Virus record (IMG/VR): IMGVR_UViG_3300029893_000006
Span: 1 to 63,417 of that record
Source: a virus
Taxonomy: Duplodnaviria; Caudoviricetes
Strand: one strand, 5' to 3'
DNA length: 63,417 nucleotides
The notes under the pieces were generated by a model. It worked only from the letters and a program-made list of their open reading frames with translations, did not search any database and was not told the DNA's origin. A program made the translations under genes and the position numbers. This document shows positions 56,729-63,417 of this stretch, piece by piece; the stretch's first letter is position 1, and each line of letters begins with the position of its first letter.

Positions 56729-57739
56729 CTATTGAATTAAGTACTTTTTGTGTGTAGTCCTTTTCCTTTCATCTGTTACCTGAGCATAAACCTGCGTAGT
56801 AACAGGAGATTCATGCCCCAACAATTGCTGTAAAACTGCCAGTTCTGCCCCGTTATTTAAAGTAAGCGTAGCAAAAGTATGCCTGAGCACGTGCGGATGG
56901 ACATTCTTTTCTATTCCGGCTCGAGCGGCTATGGCTTTTATTTCTCTTTGGATGCCTCTTCTAGATAATCTTCTGTACGGTTTTCTTTCGGTTACAAACA
57001 ATGCTGTGCAGTTATCACTTCTGGAGTTTAAGTATTTCTGTAAATGATAAGCTGCCCTAGTAGAAAGATAAACTTCTCGTTCTTTGCTTCCCTTGCCCAA
57101 TACCCTAATAGAAAGATTTTGCCAGTCAACATCTTCTTTATTTAGCTGGTACACTTCAGTAAGCCTGCCACCAGTAGCATAGAATACTTCAATAAATGCC
57201 CTCTCTCTCGGTGTTTTGCAGTGTTCTCTCAACATTTCCAGTTCCCCGATAGTTAGAGATTTCGGCATCCTTTTTTCGGTTTTAGGCGGTTTTATTTTTC
57301 GTGTAGGATCACGTTGAATTATCTCTTCTTCCGTAAGCCAACCGAAAAAACTTTTTAAGACAAACAGCTTCTTTGCCAAAGAACTTGGTTTCAAGTGGTT
57401 AAACTTACTTAAGAACATCCGAATATCATTTGTCTCAATTTCGTCAACTGGTTTTGGCATACTTTCAGCAAATATTCTTAACTCGATACCATAACCGCTC
57501 AACGTGTTGCGAGAAAACCCTTCTATCTTCTTAGCAGACAAAAAAGACTTCATTTTCTCAATAATATCTGGATGGCCTGCTTCTGGTTTTTTAGGTGCAA
57601 TATCGTATAATGATAGAATAGCCGACAACCTTGCCTCCAGTTTGTTTCTATCTACAGGGCCAAACAGTTCTTCTACTTCGTCTATTAGCTGAGAAACTAA
57701 AAAATAGCCGGTATCCTGGCTATTCTCAGTGTGTTTCAT
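56729..57739 (-). CDS. XerD-like tyrosine recombinase within the tail module
   Basis: TGGRLTE, GKGSKER, HPHVLRHTFAT, LGHESPVTTQVY. Confidence 0.95.
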   Translation of the reverse strand: MKHTENSQDTGYFLVSQLIDEVEELFGPVDRNKLEARLSAILSLYDIAPKKPEAGHPDIIEKMKSFLSAKKIEGFSRNTLSGYGIELRIFAESMPKPVDEIETNDIRMFLSKFNHLKPSSLAKKLFVLKSFFGWLTEEEIIQRDPTRKIKPPKTEKRMPKSLTIGELEMLREHCKTPRERAFIEVFYATGGRLTEVYQLNKEDVDWQNLSIRVLGKGSKEREVYLSTRAAYHLQKYLNSRSDNCTALFVTERKPYRRLSRRGIQREIKAIAARAGIEKNVHPHVLRHTFATLTLNNGAELAVLQQLLGHESPVTTQVYAQVTDERKRTTHKKYLIQ

Positions 57740-57797
57740 ACAGTTGCCTCCTGTGGGCAAATTGTTAAACTGCTACACTTCTTAGACCAGATGTGTA

Positions 57798-57905
57798 TTA
57801 CTTAGTTTTCTTTAACTTCTCAACCTCTACTTTTAACCTCTTAATTTCCTCATTCTGCTTGGAAGCGGTTATCTTAACTTTGCCCATCTTCTTTTCAACC
57901 TTCAT
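57798..57905 (-). CDS. 35-aa basic coiled-coil peptide
   Basis: MKVEKKMGKVKITASKQNEEIKRLKVEVEKLKKTK; fills the gap co-directionally. Confidence 0.4.
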   Translation of the reverse strand: MKVEKKMGKVKITASKQNEEIKRLKVEVEKLKKTK

Positions 57906-57908
57906 GCC

Positions 57909-58382
57909 TTACACCGCCTTTACAAAAATATGGTTACGGATATTGCCGCTAATAACTTCGACCATATATTTCCCCGCGTCAGTTGCAGTAAATTCAAAGA
58001 TTGCTACATTATCAATGATATCAATTTCAGTTACGGGAGGGCCATCCACAAGTACATCAACCGCAGTAACGCCCGTACCCGCCGGCTCTAAAGTTATGAT
58101 AATGGTTGCTGTATCTATACCATCTGCGGTGATTTGGGCTTTGTCTGCGGTTATATTTAACGATTGCAAAAGTGAAGGTGGCGGTGTTGGGTCGTGGGCA
58201 TTGACTATTGCAGTTATTTGGTCTATGGTTGCCTGTGGTATGCTATCTGCCACATAGATATAAATTTCGTCACCGATACCTTGCACTGGGCTTGCACCGC
58301 CATTATCTAACGGGATGCCTGCTGCAAGGAGTTCGTCATGCAACTTGCTTAATATATGAGTTTTTGTATATATCAGTTTCAT
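57909..58382 (-). CDS. Tail fibre-associated protein (chaperone-like N-terminus plus Ig-like domain)
   Basis: LSKLHDELLAAGI...IVNAHDPTPPP; ADKAQITADGIDTATI. Confidence 0.6.
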   Translation of the reverse strand: MKLIYTKTHILSKLHDELLAAGIPLDNGGASPVQGIGDEIYIYVADSIPQATIDQITAIVNAHDPTPPPSLLQSLNITADKAQITADGIDTATIIITLEPAGTGVTAVDVLVDGPPVTEIDIIDNVAIFEFTATDAGKYMVEVISGNIRNHIFVKAV

Positions 58383-58383
58383 G

Positions 58384-59199
58384 CTATCCCACCTTAATCA
58401 TCATGAATTCTGGAGTATATGCTGATATAACGCCTACGTCCAACGCACCACCAGAGTTCTGATATACCTGCGTCTCTACATAATCTCCTGCTGAAAGGTT
58501 GTACAGGGTTGAAACGGTCATGGCTGGATTAAAGGCCGTGGCATTCGTATTTCGGCGATCTAAAGCAATTGTAGTGACACCATTTAGGCGCAACCCTAAC
58601 TGTCTATATCCCGTTGTATTTGACCCCCACAGGATCGTTGCCGAAATAAAGTATTTGCCCGCCGTCTGGCAAGTTAGCCTGCTATTATTGGTCACAGGAT
58701 CGTGTATTCCATCAGTATCAAACCGTTCACTGTCGAACGATAAATAAGTTGTGGTAGCACTAGCTATGCTTTGAGCAACACTATGGTATACCCTTGCTGC
58801 GGGCACAAATCCCACAACCTGCCCTTTGCTGTCACGCAGGGCAAGCCTATCCGGAGTAGCCGTTGCAACTGCTCCGTGTGGCGCAGTATCGGACAAATGC
58901 GACTCAAGATCTGCCGCCGTAGCAAGTTCCTCATAAGTTCCAGCAGTCAGTCTGTTTTCCACAGGAACTCCATTTGAGTGACTGGTAGCCGTCGTTCCTT
59001 CCAATCCACGCTGGACACTAGAAAAAGTATTCGTAACGTTATCTTTTGCCCCAACCTCCATTATTTCGCTTTCTATTGTTATTCTGAAGGGTGGGCTAGG
59101 AAAAATTGAAGCATCGTTTACAGTAAACGAGGTTGCAGTTGCATCTATAGATTGCGAAAGAGTTGTCCTAGCATTATTTGCAGCTTTCAATCTTGGCAT
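58384..59199 (-). CDS. Tail fibre/receptor-binding protein (C1q/BclA-like C-terminus)
   Basis: AANNARTTLSQSI...VQRGLEGTTA...ENRLTAG; SHLSD junction; FDSERFD...RLTCQTAGKYFIS...LSAGDYVE. Confidence 0.75.
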   Translation of the reverse strand: MPRLKAANNARTTLSQSIDATATSFTVNDASIFPSPPFRITIESEIMEVGAKDNVTNTFSSVQRGLEGTTATSHSNGVPVENRLTAGTYEELATAADLESHLSDTAPHGAVATATPDRLALRDSKGQVVGFVPAARVYHSVAQSIASATTTYLSFDSERFDTDGIHDPVTNNSRLTCQTAGKYFISATILWGSNTTGYRQLGLRLNGVTTIALDRRNTNATAFNPAMTVSTLYNLSAGDYVETQVYQNSGGALDVGVISAYTPEFMMIKVG

Positions 59200-59211
59200 A
59201 TAATCGCCTCC

Positions 59212-59598
59212 TTAGTCTAAGGAAACATTCAAGGTTTCAGCCTTAATAATAGCCTGATCGCCAGTCAAAACTAATCTGCTTTCCCTTGCCGGACCATACC
59301 ATAGCAGGTTACCAAGAGAGGACGCATCACGCAAACCTATATGCGTTATTGTGCCCCAATCGGCTGTCGCTTCAGGAAAAACAATATTGGCAGAGTTAGT
59401 TATCGCTCCGTTGGAAGGAGCATTAAAAATAACTTGTTGCCTGGCATATCCACCACCAGAAACCTCCGTTCCCACGTCAGCATCAGTAGGATCACTGGTA
59501 TAAAGTGCGACATATATAGCAGTTGGTGAGGTATACGCAGTATTTCGAAAAACATGATTAAGTAATGCATTTTCAAGGTAATTGGAAATGGCACTCAT
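59212..59598 (-). CDS. Phage tail fibre-type structural protein
   Basis: SNYLENALLNH...YVALYTSDPTDAD..EVSGGGYARQ...WGTITH...GNLL. Confidence 0.8.
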   Translation of the reverse strand: MSAISNYLENALLNHVFRNTAYTSPTAIYVALYTSDPTDADVGTEVSGGGYARQQVIFNAPSNGAITNSANIVFPEATADWGTITHIGLRDASSLGNLLWYGPARESRLVLTGDQAIIKAETLNVSLD

Positions 59599-59629
59599 TA
59601 GTTATACCTCCTCAGTGAATTACTCTCCA

Positions 59630-60619
59630 TTAAAACAGAATTCTAGCAAATCTTGGACTAGGGCGAAACACAGGCGCAAGACTGTTTATTTCCACATCAT
59701 CCACCCACATGGTGGCAGAAGCAGAGCCTGCATTCTGTATTTGTACTTTGGCAACTTGGCTCTGGGCATTATTTTCAGTATCCTTCATCGCCAATCCAGA
59801 AGGCGTCAAGCTCTGTCCTTCGATACTCACCCAAAAAGTACCGCTTCTAACCAAAACCTCTACTACGTACCAGGTGTTGGCGATGTAGTTTCTGGCTACC
59901 GGAAAGGCGGTCAAGGCCGTCCCGTTATGATATTTGAAATTACCGTCGGCGTCAGCCACCACAGCTTGAATTTCGGTGCCAGTAGGAGACTTGAAGATGA
60001 CCGGATAATGCACCTGATTTGTTTCGGCAAACCGGCAAGCCAACTTGATATAAACCTGGGAAGCGTTAAACCCAAACTCCCGGATAAGTTTCTGTGTTGT
60101 GCCCGTACCCTTGGCAGACTTGGCCCCTGTTTTGTAAACAGTATCGTCAATCGTCCAGCCGGAATCCCGGGTGTGGAAGTCGGCAAAGTAGTCGTTCTCA
60201 AAACCCGTGAAAACTATCATGGGCCAGACCTTGCCGTCAACCGTGGCGACAGTAGCTTGGTATTTGCCATTGTTGAACTCGCCCTGGGTATCGTAGTAAT
60301 TGGTAATATGCGGTTCGTCTACATATAGCTTCCCATCACTGGTACCAATCAGTAACCTGCTGGTGCCATCAGATTTATAATAAGCATCAAGGCCAGTAAC
60401 GGGATAGTTCCCTATCGTTTCGGCATACCTTTTTCTGCTCCCTTTACGGCAAAAAAGAGTTCCCTTCTCGTCCAGGGAGGCGTTCTCCAGAAGCGCGCTT
60501 TCGTTATCACCCAAGAGGGCAGGGTTGACAGCATCATTCATACCGCCGGACCAGTCTACAATACGCTCGTAATCTATTTCGCCAATTCTTAATCCTTTTT
60601 GACGTTTCCTGTTAGCCAT
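59630..60619 (-). CDS. Tail nozzle/stabilisation protein, N-terminal part, with jelly-roll insertion
   Basis: DWSGGMNDAVNPALLGDNESALLENASLDEKGTLFCRKG start motif; follows the adaptor. Confidence 0.7.
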   Translation of the reverse strand: MANRKRQKGLRIGEIDYERIVDWSGGMNDAVNPALLGDNESALLENASLDEKGTLFCRKGSRKRYAETIGNYPVTGLDAYYKSDGTSRLLIGTSDGKLYVDEPHITNYYDTQGEFNNGKYQATVATVDGKVWPMIVFTGFENDYFADFHTRDSGWTIDDTVYKTGAKSAKGTGTTQKLIREFGFNASQVYIKLACRFAETNQVHYPVIFKSPTGTEIQAVVADADGNFKYHNGTALTAFPVARNYIANTWYVVEVLVRSGTFWVSIEGQSLTPSGLAMKDTENNAQSQVAKVQIQNAGSASATMWVDDVEINSLAPVFRPSPRFARILF

Positions 60620-60641
60620 AGCCAGATCCCGCCCCTTCTCA

Positions 60642-61481
60642 TTACCAATTAGATTCCTGCTGAAATGCGTCCTGGTAGTTCTGCGTTTCTACCGCTAGCC
60701 ATCTCATCTGTTCACGGCTGTAATTCTCCAACCAGGGCTGCTGCCGGGGGTCATTGTCGTCACGGTAGGCCATCCATACAGCACCGGCTATTAAAGCGTC
60801 CTGGGAATGGCTGAAATAGGGCTTATCTTCGTTGTTGACCATTTCAGGCGGATCTTCATAATAAACAATGATAATCTCTGTATCAGTGCTTTGTATCGGC
60901 CTTATCTCGATTGCTCCGTTGACCAAATAATAGTATTGAGGCCCGCTGATCGTATCCGTATCTGTATCGTCATCAACAGGGATTTTGGAAGAACCGGGCT
61001 TAATTTCATATTTGTAAGTACCGTCAGTCCAGAAAAGCTCGTTCAGCATCAAGAAATCATTGGGGAAACTTAGCCTTCCCTCATCTCCCACAAGAATAAT
61101 GCTGCTCCCGGCTGCTTTGGCAGTAGTAAACGCCACAGTAACCGTTAAATGCTCATTGTCTGTAATAGTAGCTACAATTCTTTTTTCAGTGCCGATTTTG
61201 ATCGTATTGCCTACAGAAAGCTCGGTTAAAAAAGCTGTCCCCGTGCCTATAACAGCGTTAAGTGAACCCGCTTCCACTTTCACTGTCCCGGTTAGCGTCA
61301 AATCTGCTTTTAACGTAACCTCGCTGGTTTTCAGCCTTTCGGCAAGTATGGCAAGATCCTCCTGGGCTTTGTTAAGGTAGTCCTTAATCATGTCATTGGA
61401 CCATCTGGCCGGCACTGGTTCTTCCAGTATGTCCCTAACCCTTCCAATTAACTGTATAAGGGTTTTAACTGTCCTTGGCAT
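60642..61481 (-). CDS. Head-tail adaptor (tail tubular protein A-like) with inserted domain
   Basis: RVRDILEE...WSNDMIKDYLNKAQ; FPNDFL; PQYYY..IEIRP; DALIAGA. Confidence 0.75.
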   Translation of the reverse strand: MPRTVKTLIQLIGRVRDILEEPVPARWSNDMIKDYLNKAQEDLAILAERLKTSEVTLKADLTLTGTVKVEAGSLNAVIGTGTAFLTELSVGNTIKIGTEKRIVATITDNEHLTVTVAFTTAKAAGSSIILVGDEGRLSFPNDFLMLNELFWTDGTYKYEIKPGSSKIPVDDDTDTDTISGPQYYYLVNGAIEIRPIQSTDTEIIIVYYEDPPEMVNNEDKPYFSHSQDALIAGAVWMAYRDDNDPRQQPWLENYSREQMRWLAVETQNYQDAFQQESNW

Positions 61482-61713
61482 AATTCTCTACCTCCTGCAT
61501 GAGAAGGTTTACAATAAGTTCTGCCGGCTGTTCGTTAAGGGGAAAATCATCGTTAAACTCTACCGGAATACGTGGAGCATTTCTTATCTCTTCCTGGCCC
61601 TGCTCAGACTTATAATAGGCAAGAAGCTCCTGCCTTGTTGCGGCAAGAGCTTTTGTCCTGTCCTGTCTAATGCCGTTTTTTTCTGCTATCTGGAAAAGTT
61701 GCCTCCTGTTCAT
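61465..61713 (-). CDS. Hypothetical protein
   Basis: Start trimmed to MNRRQ. Confidence 0.5.
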   Translation of the reverse strand: MNRRQLFQIAEKNGIRQDRTKALAATRQELLAYYKSEQGQEEIRNAPRIPVEFNDDFPLNEQPAELIVNLLMQEVENYAKDS

Positions 61714-61724
61714 GCGCCCACCTA

Positions 61725-62093
61725 CTACTTCGTGTAGTAAACAACATACAGTTTTCCTGCCGTGAGGTTGGTAGCAGAAGCCTCTACCGTTACCGCTTCC
61801 CCCTCGTTTCCAACCAAAGGAACAGCCTGGAACTGCCTTACCTTGTCGGTGCCAATCGCAAAAGTTTCCTGCCATACAGTTGTTGAACCTTTTTTAATAA
61901 CAAGCGCCTCTGCGCCGCCCGTTCCGGTTGTCCCGGTCAGAACAATAGAGCCGATATAATGTTTTTTATCTGCTACAGCCGGTATTTCCACGGTAATCTT
62001 ATTACCCGTAGCAGATTCTGCCTTGCCAACACCAAAGGTTTTATCAACATCGTTTAAAACTTCGGTCGGAGTAAAATAAGCCAATTTATACAC
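61725..62093 (-). CDS. Structural protein (beta-sandwich)
   Basis: AGGAGG RBS; head-completion region. Confidence 0.55.
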   Translation of the reverse strand: MYKLAYFTPTEVLNDVDKTFGVGKAESATGNKITVEIPAVADKKHYIGSIVLTGTTGTGGAEALVIKKGSTTVWQETFAIGTDKVRQFQAVPLVGNEGEAVTVEASATNLTAGKLYVVYYTK

Positions 62094-62148
62094 CTCCTTA
62101 AGATTAAGGAGAATAGGCCCGATGGGTTAGATCGGGCCTAAATAATCT

Positions 62149-62661
62149 TTAGATTGCTTTTAATTCCACAGTAACGGCCAAACCCGCTACTGCCGTAAGT
62201 GTCCCTGCATCCTTCAAGCACAGCCTGTCACCGGCAGCTAATTGCTTATTGGCCGTTGTGCCTGTTAAAGCAGGGCTTTGAACAGTATTTGCCGCTCCTT
62301 TTAGGTTAATCTTGGTAGCTCCAAGTACTGCCACACCAGCATCAGGGGCTTGCGTGCCTGTGAGCTTTTCAATGTCAAGCGTCACGGCACCGGCATCAGT
62401 GCCAGCCGCTGTATGTGATTCTCTAACGGACACTACTTCACAGGCAAACGGAGCTATAAAAAATACCCCGTAGTTAGCGGCAGTAGCAGCAGCATCACCA
62501 GCCAGGATAGTGCTGACAGTAAATGTTTTAGGGACCTTATGGGTTCCCTCAACGAAAACAACACCGTCTTGGTTAATTATCGTTGTTTCTTCTCCTTCGG
62601 GTCCTACAGCGAACCCGTTTTCTATAGCAGAATAACCTTTGGAATGGCTGAATCCGGACAT
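62149..62661 (-). CDS. Structural/head fibre protein
   Basis: Ala/Thr-rich beta protein directly after the MCP. Confidence 0.6.
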   Translation of the reverse strand: MSGFSHSKGYSAIENGFAVGPEGEETTIINQDGVVFVEGTHKVPKTFTVSTILAGDAAATAANYGVFFIAPFACEVVSVRESHTAAGTDAGAVTLDIEKLTGTQAPDAGVAVLGATKINLKGAANTVQSPALTGTTANKQLAAGDRLCLKDAGTLTAVAGLAVTVELKAI

Positions 62662-62736
62662 TTAAAATTCACCTTCTTTCAAAGATAAGGGGAGCTTGTC
62701 AAAGCTCCCCTTACTTAGTTGATATGTTGATATTAA

Positions 62737-62811
62737 TTAGGGGTTAATTGCCCCCCAAATGAAGGTTGGCTCGTCCCAGCCAAAGCTGAACCTATTAACA
62801 ACCTTATACCT
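62737..62811 (-). CDS. Major capsid protein exon 2
   Basis: RYKVVNRFSFGWDEPTFIWGAINP*, in frame after splicing; fits the gpT-family C-terminus. Confidence 0.88.
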   Translation of the reverse strand, partial: RYKVVNRFSFGWDEPTFIWGAINP

Positions 62812-63080
62812 CATTTGTTATGCACAGGCTCTTTATCCTATGCTCCCCGTCTTTCGTCGGGGTATCGGAGCACCTTTTCACCCTCGTCTTTACGTTAGGG
62901 TGGCGGGGACTCGTGGAGGGATTATATTCCGTTAGCGGTTTCACCCTCTGCTCTCTGCGTGTGTCAATAACGTTACTTATTGACTTCCCTTCGGGTCGGC
63001 ATAGCTCTGTGCCTTAGCTTTCCCGTTTTTTCCCCGCTGTTTTATGCTGCAAGTTTCCCTGCAACCGGGCAAGTATGTTT
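62812..63080 (-). mobile_element. ORF-less group I self-splicing intron (probably subgroup IA)
   Basis: 5' exon ends in U, intron ends in G; P1 GGGU/GCCC, P10 AUACUU/AGGUAU, P3 GCGGGGA/UCCCCGC, P7 GAGCA/UGCUC; P2, P6, P7.1, P8, P9 hairpins. Confidence 0.9.
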
Positions 63081-63417
63081 ACCCACTTCTGTATCGAAGT
63101 TCTCCCTATCCTGCTCCAGCTTGGCAACCCTGCGGTCAAACCAGTTAGCATACATTTTAGCCCTTTCCCTGTCCATCATAAACCAGGCATTAGGATTGGT
63201 CAGGAACGGCCACTCAATCACATCTAAAGCACCTTTCCAGATGTTAACGTTGTTATCGCTGGTATCCGGTTCTTTGTCTGTATCAGCAATAACCATAGCA
63301 GGTTTACGTAACTTGGGAGGCACAACCAGGGTATCCGGGCTTATAGCCAACAGATTGCCCTTATCGTCCTTCCATTCCATCATGGCGTTACGGACCTTCT
63401 CAACGTTATCGGCATTG
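63081..63417 (-). CDS. Major capsid protein exon 1, 3' part
   Basis: PDTLVVPPKL...NNVN...PFLTNPNAWF...ENFDTEVG. Confidence 0.9.
63319..63417. repeat. Terminal direct repeat (identical to 1-99)
   Basis: Exact match. Confidence 0.97.

Noticed and set aside
56580-59630. Classical invertible shufflon
   Set aside because: All genes are co-oriented; no inverted crossover repeats or alternative silent tips seen
63042-63080. HTCPVAGKLAA as the true MCP C-terminus
   Set aside because: It is read-through into the intron P1/P2; the family-like ending is in exon 2
1-63417. CRISPR array, tRNA genes, DGR or retron
   Set aside because: No spaced repeats, cloverleaf or reverse transcriptase motif seen by eye; dedicated scans were not run

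Overview
The window is a complete, circularly assembled temperate phage genome of about 63.3 kb. The first 99 bp equal the last 99 bp. The host is probably an S-layered Bacillota/Clostridia bacterium (SLH domains, a Prp-type LDLQLFA motif, sigma-A promoters, GGAGG RBSs). The virion looks podovirus-like: TerS/TerL, a large portal, scaffold, Mu-gpT-like major capsid, adaptor, nozzle and internal ejection proteins, with no tape measure or sheath. It also has a CI/Cro switch, tyrosine integrase and attP, a recombination/replication module and an SLH-anchored lysis cassette. Main features missed by the ORF track: (1) the major capsid gene crosses the assembly junction and is interrupted by a 269-nt ORF-less group I intron (62812-63080); (2) a 4578-aa DarB-like polyvalent protein carries a nested +1-frame gene with its own strong RBS just before its methyltransferase domain; (3) the tail nozzle gene appears split in two by a ~3-kb fibre/chaperone/tyrosine-recombinase cassette; (4) an opposite-strand accessory operon has a copy of the putative repressor operator; (5) attP appears to carry the 3' end of a host gene (...GDMPPM*), possibly groEL. 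All family assignments come from motif recognition by eye. No database searches were run.
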